DNA of 32,000 bases from Pseudoalteromonas obscura (GTDB lineage Bacteria; Pseudomonadota; Gammaproteobacteria; Enterobacterales; Alteromonadaceae): assembly GCF_030135505.1 (NCBI RefSeq), contig NZ_JASJUT010000017.1, forward strand, positions 11,658-43,657, given 5' to 3'. Of this stretch, positions 1-9,290 are shown in pieces (the stretch's first letter is position 1; the number at the start of each line of letters is the position of its first letter). Both the position numbers and the translations under genes were made by a program. The notes under the pieces are model-generated. The model ran no database searches. It saw only the letters and a list, made by a program, of their open reading frames with translations, and was not told the DNA's origin.

Positions 1-1969
1 TCGGGTTTTGGTTGACCACATGTTGTGCGATAAAATACTCACTGCCGGTCAAAGGTATAATCGATTGCAAAGGCTTTAAATAAGACGCCGTCTGCTCGCG
101 CACAGGCGCTGCATTTTCAGCCAGCGCTTCAAGTTGCGCTAATGGTGGATAAGTACGCTCAACATCGGTGTCAGGTACCCAGTAACGCTGCTTTGCAAAG
201 GGGTATCCGGGTAAGCTCACTTTGTTTGGCAGTGCGCCATCATATAAGGCTCGCCAGTCAACTGGGTAACCTTGGATCCACAACCCTACCAAGGCGGGCC
301 AATCCACCTCAGACAAGAGATCAGCATAGACTAGATTATTGGCAGTAATAAATGCATCCAACGCTTTGCCTTTGATAATTTCTCCATACCAGCGCTGGGT
401 CGGTTTGCTAATGTCATCAAATTGATGTTCTAGAACATCGGCGAGTTGCTGGGTAAGCTCATCCATTGAATTTGCTGCGAGGGCAAGTCGGTGCTCATGA
501 TGCGCTCTACCAACTTGCAAAGTACTGGCGATACTGCGAAGGTCCTGCACATCGTGGACACTCTGACCGGTGTGTTCAAGCGTGGTGTGCAATCGCCTTA
601 CCGCTCTGTGCAGCTGCTCAGTACTTTTAGCCGACAACACGATATAACTTGGCACAGATGCGGATTGTTGCTCAACGGGGGTCTCTGCGACATACTCCTC
701 AACCACCATATGTGCATTTGAACCGCCAGCGCCAAATGCTGAGATACCCGCTACGCGCTTTTTCCCCTCAGCAACTTGCCACGGCTGTGCTTCACGTGGC
801 ACGTCAAACGGAGAGTTATCAAAATCAATATAGGGGTTGCGTGTTTGTGAGTGAATAGAGGGGGCAATGGTTTTATAGCGCATTTGCAGCAAAACCTTCG
901 TTAATCCGGCAATGCCTGATGCACTTTCACAGTGACCAATATTAGATTTGATAGAGCCTATCAAACACGCCGCTTCGCCCTGCGCATTCTTGGCCAGATA
1001 ACCCTCGTTATATGCCCTTTGTAAACCATCGACTTCAATCACATCTCCAATTGCGGTGCCTGAACCGTGCGCCTCAATATAACTGATGGGATCAGACGCC
1101 GTTTTTGCCAACGCTTGGCTTATTACCTCTGCCTGCGAAGATGCTTTTGGTACGGTATACGTTCTCGACGCGCCGCCATGGTTGATGGCCGTCGCTAGGA
1201 CCACCCCATAGATATGATCACCATCTTCGAGGGCATCAGCGAGGGGTTTGAGCAACACAGCCCCAACGCCTTCTGAAGCCACATAGCCTGTCGCTTTATC
1301 CCCAAAACTATGACAGCGCCCAGTTTTCGATGAAAAACGCCCCGCACTATGTAAAATAAACTTATTGGGGTGCAGTGTTAGGTTGACGCCACCTGCGATG
1401 GCGGCACGGCACTCGCCGTTTAAAATACTTTGACACGCTAAGTGTACCGAGCTGATGGAGCCCGAGCACATGGTATCAATGGTCATGCTAGGACCGGTAA
1501 AATTACAACAGTAAGACACCCCATTAGTAATAGAAGCATTGAGTGCAGAAACCGGTGTATTGGCCTGACTGTACATCAAATATTCATTGTACTCTACCGC
1601 GCAAAATACCCCTACAGGCCCTCTCTCTGAGAGCCCTTCACACGAGTATCCAGCATCTTCAACAGTGTGATAGGCACACTGGAGAAATTGCCTTTCTTGA
1701 GGATCGGTCAGCTCGGCGACTTTTGGCGCCATATTAAAGAACAAGGGGTCAAATTGATCTACATCATTGATGAATCCACCCCATTTACTATAACTTTTAC
1801 CATACACCCGGTTACCTGGCTGATGATACAAAGCGTGATCCCAACGCGTTTTGGGTATTTCCGTGACGGTATCTTTGCCTTGTTTGAGGTTTTCCCACAA
1901 TTCATCTAGGTTGTCTGCGCCTGGGTATTTTCCTGATATCCCAATGATCGCTATTTTTTGGTTGCTCAC
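1..1969 (-). CDS. Trans-AT polyketide synthase, N-terminal part (KS domain, post-KS linker, first residues of a DH domain). The gene continues past the left edge. MmpD/TmpD-like.
   Basis: Absent from the supplied ORF track because it is open at the window edge. My own translation of the minus strand starts at GTG 1969-1967, with AAGGGGA about 6 nt upstream. It reads VSNQKIAIIGISGKYPGADNLDELWENLKQGKD... KS motifs found: DTMCSGS (active Cys), YIEAHGSGT, SNIGHCES, FGAGGSNAH. The linker ends LPGYPFAKQRYW. Near position 1 the sequence reads LTGSEYFIAQHVVNQNP, a DH HxxxGxxxxP-type start. No stop codon occurs down to position 1. Confidence 0.9.
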   Translation of the reverse strand, partial: MSNQKIAIIGISGKYPGADNLDELWENLKQGKDTVTEIPKTRWDHALYHQPGNRVYGKSYSKWGGFINDVDQFDPLFFNMAPKVAELTDPQERQFLQCAYHTVEDAGYSCEGLSERGPVGVFCAVEYNEYLMYSQANTPVSALNASITNGVSYCCNFTGPSMTIDTMCSGSISSVHLACQSILNGECRAAIAGGVNLTLHPNKFILHSAGRFSSKTGRCHSFGDKATGYVASEGVGAVLLKPLADALEDGDHIYGVVLATAINHGGASRTYTVPKASSQAEVISQALAKTASDPISYIEAHGSGTAIGDVIEVDGLQRAYNEGYLAKNAQGEAACLIGSIKSNIGHCESASGIAGLTKVLLQMRYKTIAPSIHSQTRNPYIDFDNSPFDVPREAQPWQVAEGKKRVAGISAFGAGGSNAHMVVEEYVAETPVEQQSASVPSYIVLSAKSTEQLHRAVRRLHTTLEHTGQSVHDVQDLRSIASTLQVGRAHHEHRLALAANSMDELTQQLADVLEHQFDDISKPTQRWYGEIIKGKALDAFITANNLVYADLLSEVDWPALVGLWIQGYPVDWRALYDGALPNKVSLPGYPFAKQRYWVPDTDVERTYPPLAQLEALAENAAPVREQTASYLKPLQSIIPLTGSEYFIAQHVVNQNP

Positions 1970-2069
1970 TCCGATCCCCTTCTGTCAATATTTTGCACCG
2001 CCCCAAACCCAAGCTTTTACCAAGCACCGTGGTGACGATTAAATGCTTTTCTGTGCGTACTTCGCGTGT

Positions 2070-2903
2070 TTAATGGCCGTTTAAAATTAAGTCTTCGCAG
2101 ACCTCTGCGGTGTCGGTAAACAGATTGTAATGCCCCCAATTAGCAAAAATTTTATATTCGGCATCCGGAATAATTTCGGCAAGCGCCACGGACTCTTGCC
2201 AGGCGACCATATCATCGTTACCTCCACCGACAATGAAGGTTGGGCAGCTGATCTGTTCCGTTAAGGTGCGACTGATCTTAAATTCGTGGGTGGTATTGAC
2301 CAGATGGGCAAACCGTAGAAACGCCTCTTTACCGCTATTGAACGGTGCTTGGATCATCTGTTGGTAGTGCTTATTATCAATACGCGCCAATTTGTCTTGC
2401 ATGCTTTTGGTGTTATACGCCACGATGTTTTGATGGAGAAAATCAAGCTTCTTCTCATCGTGGATCAACATGCGGCAAACCTGACCTATGGTATCGCCCG
2501 TGAGCCCCGGCGTGCCTTGATTAAAGAAATTTGGCGCATTGAATAGCACCATTTTTTCGATTAAACATGACTCTTGTGCCGCAGCAACCAACGCAATTTG
2601 GATTCCCGTACACCACGCAACCAAGGTGAACGAGGGCAAGGCTAACTCGGTCACAATACTGGTTAAGTCTTGAACTTGATCCTGTACGGAATACTCGCGA
2701 AAACGCTCATCGTATACACCAGGAAACCCCCGGCGTCGCCAGGTCACAAAGTTATGACCGCGCGCCACCATGGCATCTGACAACGCCTGTGTAATACAGC
2801 TGTCGACACCCAGCGCATTGATGAAGACCACTGTAGGCTTGGTGTTATCAAACTGATTGAGGTTAACGTCCAGCATTAATCCGTCATGTGCTTGTACTTT
2901 CAT
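2070..2903 (-). CDS. Alpha/beta-fold hydrolase (MupL-like) with an apparent Cys nucleophile
   Basis: 277-aa ORF. The oxyanion region is VVFINALG. The nucleophile elbow reads LVAWCTGIQ, a Sm-x-Cys-x-Gly pattern where GxSxG is expected. The acid region is GGGNDDMV and the His is in NWGHYN near the C-terminus. The ATG overlaps the upstream stop in an ATGA junction (2900-2903). Confidence 0.85.
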   Translation of the reverse strand: MKVQAHDGLMLDVNLNQFDNTKPTVVFINALGVDSCITQALSDAMVARGHNFVTWRRRGFPGVYDERFREYSVQDQVQDLTSIVTELALPSFTLVAWCTGIQIALVAAAQESCLIEKMVLFNAPNFFNQGTPGLTGDTIGQVCRMLIHDEKKLDFLHQNIVAYNTKSMQDKLARIDNKHYQQMIQAPFNSGKEAFLRFAHLVNTTHEFKISRTLTEQISCPTFIVGGGNDDMVAWQESVALAEIIPDAEYKIFANWGHYNLFTDTAEVCEDLILNGH

Positions 2904-5900
2904 AGAGGTGTTTCCAGTTCCAAATTTTGCTGCGCAGATTGCGCGGTCGATTGATGTGAGCTCGGCAAGTTATCTATCTTTGACCAAATATCGCAACTGC
3001 GATCTTGCCATGCATCCACAAATGAACTCTGGCGCTCATTATACGCCTGCTCAGCCGCCAGCTTGTCGCGCCCTCTGAGCTTAAAGTACTCATCCGTCGC
3101 ACTGGCATAGGCGGATATGGCCAGTACAGCTCCCATACCCGCTACAGGTGAACCCGTTCCCGACGCATCCCCGGTAAGCATGATGTTTTTACTGATAAAG
3201 GTACTCGCCCGTGAATATTGCACATCTATGGGTTTGCTGATCCACAACACCTCTCCTACCGAATTTTGCTGTGAGTCACTGAAGAATTGCGCACGCTGTG
3301 CAAGCTGCTCTGCGCTTGGCAGTTCACCATTAGCACTGTACACCGCTACACCTAGTTCATCACGATTTGGATAAAAGAGCCCGAATGCACAACCTGATAA
3401 CTGTTGTTCAGCATCAAAAGAGAATTTGTAGTTAAGTGTTGATCTATCTCCAACGGCACGGCAATGATAGATATACCAGCACTCCTCTCCCTTATTGGAC
3501 GTTTCAATGTCGTAACATATCCCCACAGCCTGCGCATTTGAACTGCACTCGCCATCGGCTAAGATCACCAATTCTGGCGTGACAGTGGAAGTTGACTCCA
3601 ACTGTAAATTATTCAATGTTACGCTGGCTTGCTCAAGCTCTGTCGGCACCACTTTTGCTTCCACATTAAAGTAAATACGCACGCCCTGTTCACGTGCAGC
3701 AATCAGCAGTACATCTTGCAGATCAGCCAAAGAGATAGCCAATACAGACTCGCCCACAAACTCATCATAGGCACTCTTATGGGAGGTACCAGCCGCTGTG
3801 AGTTGGGTCGTCGCTAACTGTGCCTCATCTATCTCTTTTTGATAATAACGCGTAGACTCATTGTCACTGCGGGTATAAAAGAAGTTGTGCTGTGCTATCG
3901 GCGTGCCGCGCTCGATAAGCTGCGTCAGTACACCAAAGCGTTGTAAATAAGGCAGTGCGTTTTGATATATGGTGACCATTTGCATCCGGTCAACGGCCTT
4001 GCGTTTATCAAACAAGTAAACCCGTTCCACCCCATTGAGCACGGCGCTCAACGCTGCCATGATCCCTGCCGGACCTGCACCGATCACCACCACACTGTGT
4101 TCATCAATCTCGTCTAACAACTGTGTGGCGCTGTTCTCGTATTCAAAGCGGTAACCACTGCTCGTGGCCTGAGAGATATAGCCCGGAAGGTCACTTGGCA
4201 TTTGCTTGGCCCCTACCGTCTGAGCCGGTGCTGGTTGCACGCGTTCAATCACTGTAATCAGATCAGACACACTGTCGGCTTGAAGTAACTCACTGCCCAC
4301 TTGAGCTTCGTCGAGTTGTTCAATACCATCGCAAAGCGCAGACACTATCAACATTTTGGTCACTGACGTGACACCTAAGGCTTTGAGTGGCGTTGTCAGA
4401 TGTAGCTCATCACGGCTAAGACCTAAGATTTGTCCAACCGTCTCTACCACTAACTCAGCCACTTCCGTTTGATGTGATGGCTGCACCGCATTGGCATCAC
4501 TGGCCTGCGCAATATCAGTTTCAGACAATGCTGGTTGAGCCGGTGTATCTATCTGCTGTGCACTGTTCAGTGATGGTTTTTGCGCCGCTTTGGGTAGCCA
4601 ACAATGACGACGCGCAAACGGATAAGTCGGCAATGCAATGATCTGAGGCAGGACACTATGTTGCTCACCATAAAGAGACGCCCAACTCAGCTGTCCTCCT
4701 TGCACCCATAACTTGGCCTGTTTTAACAATTCAGTATCGTTCTCAACGTCTAGCTCAATGGATGCATGGCGCGACGTGTGTTCAATATCATGAAAAAAGA
4801 CCTGCGCCTGTGCCTTACCATCTAGCCACGCTGCGAGGTATTCACGTAACTGTTCTATGGTGTTAACCACACAACTCAACCGAGTCGGCATGGCCTCTCT
4901 GCCTTCTATCAGCGTATACGCTAAATCGTCGAGATGAATGTCTTGCTCCGTGCTGAAATGCTCCATATGACGTGTCACCAACTCCTTGAGACGTGTCTCA
5001 TTTTGCGCTGAAAACACCATTACTCGATCACGGCGTACACCTTCTACTTTGGTTGCTGATTTTGCAGTTAGACACTCCTCTAGCACCATACAACAACCCG
5101 AACCACCTGCACCCAAGGTATTGATCATCGCACTTCTGGGCTGCTCAGCTGCTGTCGTCCACGGGGCAAACTTGTCTTGGATAGTAAATGGAGCATTGTC
5201 TAAATCGAGTTTGGGATTAAGTGGCGTATGCAAGATCGAAGGGGTCAATACCCTGTGCTTCAACTGCATGGCGACTTTGATTAGCTGCGTCAACCCTGAT
5301 GCAGCTTCAGCATGGCCGATACTCGATTTAACGGTGCCTATGGGCAGTTTTCTATTACCTAGGGCGTCACAAAACACCTGCTTCATCGCTTGAATTTCAG
5401 CGCTGTCTGACACCGTCGCGCCCGCAACTGAAGTTTCAACATAGTGTATCTGCTGGGGCGTCACTTTGGCCGTTTGCAGGCACCCGGCCATTAAGCGTGT
5501 TAGAGCATCGGGATCAGAGACATTAAATCCATCCGTAGTGCCTTTATGGTCGGTATGCACGCCTTTGATCACGGCCAGTACTTCATCATTATCTTGTATC
5601 GCATCACGCAAAGGCTTCAATAACACCGCACCGACCGTCTCGGCGGGAATAAACCCACCTGATTCACCAAACCCTCGCACAGTACTTTGCTCAGCCAGCA
5701 ATTGAGACTGACTTAACGCCTGATATTTGTAGCCGTGAATAGATAAATTAGTGGCCCCCACAATGGCTAGCCGACAAGCCCCACTGAGTAGGTTTTGACA
5801 GGCAAGATAAATTGCACTGGCAGCCCCCGAGCACATGGTGTCCACCGCCATGCTTGGTCCATGCAGGTCAAAAAAGTGAGAAATACGGTTGGCCATGCTA

Positions 5901-7207
5901 GAGAGCGATGACATGGCCACCATCGCTTTTTTATCTTGCTCGGTGTCAAAAGCATGATACTGCTGATACATAGATGCGGTGTAGACTGCCACCTTGTGAT
6001 CGTATTGTTGTGCCAATTTTTGTTTGGTGTAGCCGCGACTTTCCAGTAGGTTCCAAACCTCTTCTAAGAGCAATCGCTCTTGTGGGTCCATCAACTGTGC
6101 TTCGCGCGGGGAGATCTTAAAAAATAGTGGATCGAACTTATCAACTCCGTGAATAAACCCACCCCAACGACATGCCAACGCAGCACTTTCAGAGCCAAAT
6201 AACGCCGCTCGCTCCTCGGGAATATCAATAACACAATCCATGCCTTGTTGCAGGTTTTGCCAAAATTTAGCAACGTTTTCAGCCTCTGGAAAACGCCCCG
6301 CGACACTGACGATCGCGATATCTTGCTCAGACACCGATGCTGCTGTAGTGTCACGATGCGCTGCACTCTCAGTGCGCTCGCTGTGCGCTTTGGTCTCACT
6401 CGGGGCGCTATCCATTGCATTGGATGCGCGAGCTGGTGCGGAGCTTGGCTGGCCGAATAGCCGCTTAATATTGTCCGTCACCTCAGGTTGATGCATGGTC
6501 TGAGCATGCATAGCTAGCTCTTGCTCAATAAATGTTGGCAGCTTGTCGCGCACCTGCTGACAGAGGTGTTTTTTCAATAGAGAGACTGAGCGCAGCGGCT
6601 TTTGGGCGATTAAGTCAGCCAGTTCGTAAGCTCGACTTAGCACGCTTTTGCGCGGCAGTACTTGCAGCCCCACCCCGCGTTGTTGTAATTCATCACCGCG
6701 ATATTGATTGGCACTCAATAACATCTCACTGCCCAGATCCACGCCCAGCTTGGTGGGCACTATCAAGGTCGACCCCATCCCAGGGGTAAACCCATATTTC
6801 ATAAAGTTGAGGGTGTAATAGCTCTCTTTGCTGAGCAACACGATGTCGGAGAATAACCCCATCACAAATCCGCCGCCGATGGCGTGGCCCTGAATGGCAG
6901 ATATCACTGGCACCCGACACTCTAATGGCAAGCTATAAATATTGACGTCGCTAAAGTTGCCCTGTGTGTCATTTAACGACAACAGGCTATCCTGAGTGCC
7001 ACCACTACAAAAATAGCTGTCGAAGCCGGTGATAATGACCGCTTTGCAAGTTCGATTTTCCTCTATTTTTTTATACGCTTGCATCAACCCTGACAAAATA
7101 TCACGGCTAAACATATTTTTATTGTCACGGTCTTCCATGGTGATCTGGACAACACCGTTATTCTGCTCGATGATGGAAACAACCGAGTTGATGATTATTT
7201 TTGTCAT
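2900..7207 (-). CDS. Multidomain PKS-associated protein: enoyl-CoA hydratase (ECH2, decarboxylase type), non-elongating KS0, ACP and FAD-dependent monooxygenase (a MupK+MmpE-like fusion)
   Basis: - ECH fold at the N-terminus: VIITGFDSYFCSGG, AIQGHAIGGG.
- KS, about 5075-6330: the Cys is present (DTMCSGAAS, codon 5831-5833). The EAHGTGT motif is replaced by ETSVAGA, with Ser at the His position (5429-5431).
- ACP: LGVTSV, Ser codon 4364-4366.
- Flavoprotein monooxygenase, about 2903-4110: VVIGAGPAGIMAA, ILADGECS, TGDASGTGSPVAGMG.
- Start: I prefer ATG 7207 (MTKIIINS...), which lies 4 nt after the upstream stop, over the track's start at 7255. Confidence 0.9.
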   Translation of the reverse strand: MTKIIINSVVSIIEQNNGVVQITMEDRDNKNMFSRDILSGLMQAYKKIEENRTCKAVIITGFDSYFCSGGTQDSLLSLNDTQGNFSDVNIYSLPLECRVPVISAIQGHAIGGGFVMGLFSDIVLLSKESYYTLNFMKYGFTPGMGSTLIVPTKLGVDLGSEMLLSANQYRGDELQQRGVGLQVLPRKSVLSRAYELADLIAQKPLRSVSLLKKHLCQQVRDKLPTFIEQELAMHAQTMHQPEVTDNIKRLFGQPSSAPARASNAMDSAPSETKAHSERTESAAHRDTTAASVSEQDIAIVSVAGRFPEAENVAKFWQNLQQGMDCVIDIPEERAALFGSESAALACRWGGFIHGVDKFDPLFFKISPREAQLMDPQERLLLEEVWNLLESRGYTKQKLAQQYDHKVAVYTASMYQQYHAFDTEQDKKAMVAMSSLSSMANRISHFFDLHGPSMAVDTMCSGAASAIYLACQNLLSGACRLAIVGATNLSIHGYKYQALSQSQLLAEQSTVRGFGESGGFIPAETVGAVLLKPLRDAIQDNDEVLAVIKGVHTDHKGTTDGFNVSDPDALTRLMAGCLQTAKVTPQQIHYVETSVAGATVSDSAEIQAMKQVFCDALGNRKLPIGTVKSSIGHAEAASGLTQLIKVAMQLKHRVLTPSILHTPLNPKLDLDNAPFTIQDKFAPWTTAAEQPRSAMINTLGAGGSGCCMVLEECLTAKSATKVEGVRRDRVMVFSAQNETRLKELVTRHMEHFSTEQDIHLDDLAYTLIEGREAMPTRLSCVVNTIEQLREYLAAWLDGKAQAQVFFHDIEHTSRHASIELDVENDTELLKQAKLWVQGGQLSWASLYGEQHSVLPQIIALPTYPFARRHCWLPKAAQKPSLNSAQQIDTPAQPALSETDIAQASDANAVQPSHQTEVAELVVETVGQILGLSRDELHLTTPLKALGVTSVTKMLIVSALCDGIEQLDEAQVGSELLQADSVSDLITVIERVQPAPAQTVGAKQMPSDLPGYISQATSSGYRFEYENSATQLLDEIDEHSVVVIGAGPAGIMAALSAVLNGVERVYLFDKRKAVDRMQMVTIYQNALPYLQRFGVLTQLIERGTPIAQHNFFYTRSDNESTRYYQKEIDEAQLATTQLTAAGTSHKSAYDEFVGESVLAISLADLQDVLLIAAREQGVRIYFNVEAKVVPTELEQASVTLNNLQLESTSTVTPELVILADGECSSNAQAVGICYDIETSNKGEECWYIYHCRAVGDRSTLNYKFSFDAEQQLSGCAFGLFYPNRDELGVAVYSANGELPSAEQLAQRAQFFSDSQQNSVGEVLWISKPIDVQYSRASTFISKNIMLTGDASGTGSPVAGMGAVLAISAYASATDEYFKLRGRDKLAAEQAYNERQSSFVDAWQDRSCDIWSKIDNLPSSHQSTAQSAQQNLELETPL

Positions 7208-7211
7208 TGTT

Positions 7212-7991
7212 TTAACTTTCCCATGGCAGCTTGCCGCTGTCCACATAACGTCCAATATTGGTTACCACAGAAGGCAAAGAAAACGTTGCTCGATTTTCCT
7301 GTACCGCGATCGGCTCGTGTTCAAGTAATTGTGGGTTCAATGTATTCATATAGTGTTTGTGCCGTATTATGCCATCACGAGGTAAGCGTCTTAGACGCAG
7401 TAAATGTCGTCTTAGCAACTCATCTAAGTCATCGGACACGGCGTCCGCCAGTCCCCAATTGGCAACATCGTGGGCGTTAAAAGGGGAGGTCATCAAGGTC
7501 ATATAGTTGGCTTTTTGCCAGCCAACTTTTTTGATCAAAAATGGCATGACACAGGCGGGCAAAATTCCAAAGATGAGTTCTGACAAACTATATTGTGCGC
7601 GACTACCTGACAATACAATGTCACATGCTGCAACAAATCCCATCCCGCCGGCATTGACCCGACCTTCAACCACGGCAATGGAGATAAATGGTCCCAGCGC
7701 AATTCGCTTCCACAGCGTGTACAGTATACTTGGGTCGTGTTCACTACCCTGCTGGTTGTCTGTGTACTCTTGTTTGTCCATCCAAGAAAAGTCAGCGCCG
7801 AAACAAAACACGTCCGGCAGTCCTTTGATAACCAATATGTTGCTGCGCAACTCGCAGTCGTCGATCACCCGCAGGCACTCTTCAATCATTTGCTTATTCA
7901 AAGTATTCTTATGGTTAGGTCGGTTAAATTGAAGCGTACATATCTCCGCATTATGACTAACCTTGATCATCTCATACGTCACGATTGACAC
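7212..7991 (-). CDS. Enoyl-CoA hydratase/isomerase family protein, ECH1 dehydratase of the beta-branching cassette (MupJ-like)
   Basis: 259-aa ORF with a crotonase fold: LQFNRPNHKNTLN, FCFGADF, VEGRVNAGGMGFVAACD. It sits between the HMGS and the ECH2 domain. The start is GTG 7991, the first codon after an in-frame stop. ATG 7970 (MIKVSH...) is an alternative. Confidence 0.88.
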   Translation of the reverse strand: MSIVTYEMIKVSHNAEICTLQFNRPNHKNTLNKQMIEECLRVIDDCELRSNILVIKGLPDVFCFGADFSWMDKQEYTDNQQGSEHDPSILYTLWKRIALGPFISIAVVEGRVNAGGMGFVAACDIVLSGSRAQYSLSELIFGILPACVMPFLIKKVGWQKANYMTLMTSPFNAHDVANWGLADAVSDDLDELLRRHLLRLRRLPRDGIIRHKHYMNTLNPQLLEHEPIAVQENRATFSLPSVVTNIGRYVDSGKLPWES

Positions 7992-8001
7992 TCACACATC
8001 T

Positions 8002-9267
8002 TTATTGGAATTCATATTCTCGATGAAAATTATTGATCCGCTTCAAATACAAACGAGGACTCAACTGCTGTTGTTGTTGGATCTTATCGGTGATTGGGCA
8101 TTCAACCTCCACATCTTGGGTACCAAAGCGCACGTCTTTGTTTTGTCGTAAAGATCTTTCATACTCTTCGATGGAGAGCTGATAGCGACTATCCAAATGC
8201 GATGCGATATCCAGTGACTTTAAGCGTGCTTGCCCCTGCTCGGTGACAATACCACTGTAAAATTCAGAGCAGCATCCTGAACCATAGGCAAAACACCCGA
8301 TCCGTCTGGGCGTGCTGAAATCCCCCGCTTCTATCACCCCCGCCAAAGACACATACAACGCCCCGCCCATAATGTTACCAATGCGCTGACAATAGGTCAG
8401 TCCAGGCGTCACCCGCTGGTTATAATCGGCTTCGATTTGCGCCGGAGGTTGCTGCGCAAATTTTCTCATCAACGAGCGGTGCGCACCTTTAACCATGCCG
8501 CCAAATGGAGTATGAAATGCCAAATAGTCAAATGTATGTGCGTAGTTCGCCCCGTCAACACGTTGCTGGTACTGCAAAAAGGTTTGTTCACAACAATCTA
8601 AATAAGACATCAAAGAGATATCTGCATTGCCCGCTTCACTGTCTGGCTGAGGTCGGCAGGTATCCATGACCTCATAAGAGTAATAACCGCTGGCTCCAAC
8701 ATCCAACCTAAAAATTTCCGGTTTATTGCTGATCAGCATAGCCACTGCGCCAGCGCCACCCGAAGGCTCTGAAAACGCCCAATCTTTTTCATTGACGTCC
8801 TCTTCTCCTAAAACCATAAATCGACAGAGATCCACCGCAATCACTAAAGCTTTAGCACCAGGTGAGGTGTTAGACAAAATGAAGTTCGCTGCATTATGTA
8901 AACCAACCGTACCTGAGTAGCACGCTTGTTTTACCTCAAACACCCGGCAATTTTTATTCAAGCCAAGGTGATCATGAACATAGGTGCTAATGGATTTACC
9001 AAAATCAATGCCTGACTCAGTACAGGTGATCAGCATTTCGATGCTGTTTTTTTCTTCCTCACTCAATGCATCCAAAATGGGCTTGGCAGCATTGACGGCG
9101 AACGTGACCGGATCTTCACTGGCCAGTGCCACGGTTTTTTCTGACATCAATAAATTGTTAAAGCGTGCGATATCAAGTTCGCGGTGATCGATCAGTTTAC
9201 GTACATCCAAACACGCTGTGCCCGCATATACATTCATCGCTTCAATCCCTACTTCACTGCATTCCAT
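8002..9267 (-). CDS. HMG-CoA synthase homologue (HCS) for polyketide beta-branching (MupH-like)
   Basis: 421-aa ORF. The N-terminus VGIEAMNVYAG is typical of HMGS. The active-site Cys region is EVKQACYSGT. AGGAG lies 6 nt upstream of the ATG at 9267. Confidence 0.93.
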   Translation of the reverse strand: MECSEVGIEAMNVYAGTACLDVRKLIDHRELDIARFNNLLMSEKTVALASEDPVTFAVNAAKPILDALSEEEKNSIEMLITCTESGIDFGKSISTYVHDHLGLNKNCRVFEVKQACYSGTVGLHNAANFILSNTSPGAKALVIAVDLCRFMVLGEEDVNEKDWAFSEPSGGAGAVAMLISNKPEIFRLDVGASGYYSYEVMDTCRPQPDSEAGNADISLMSYLDCCEQTFLQYQQRVDGANYAHTFDYLAFHTPFGGMVKGAHRSLMRKFAQQPPAQIEADYNQRVTPGLTYCQRIGNIMGGALYVSLAGVIEAGDFSTPRRIGCFAYGSGCCSEFYSGIVTEQGQARLKSLDIASHLDSRYQLSIEEYERSLRQNKDVRFGTQDVEVECPITDKIQQQQQLSPRLYLKRINNFHREYEFQ

Positions 9268-9290
9268 TACTTACTCCTACTCACGTATTG

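Noticed and set aside
7208-7255. N-terminal extension of the 1451-aa ORF (MDVMWTAASCHGKVKT...) overlapping the ECH1 gene.
   Set aside because: ATG 7207 follows the upstream stop by 4 nt and gives a normal crotonase N-terminus (MTKIIINSVV...). The extension has no homology-like features.
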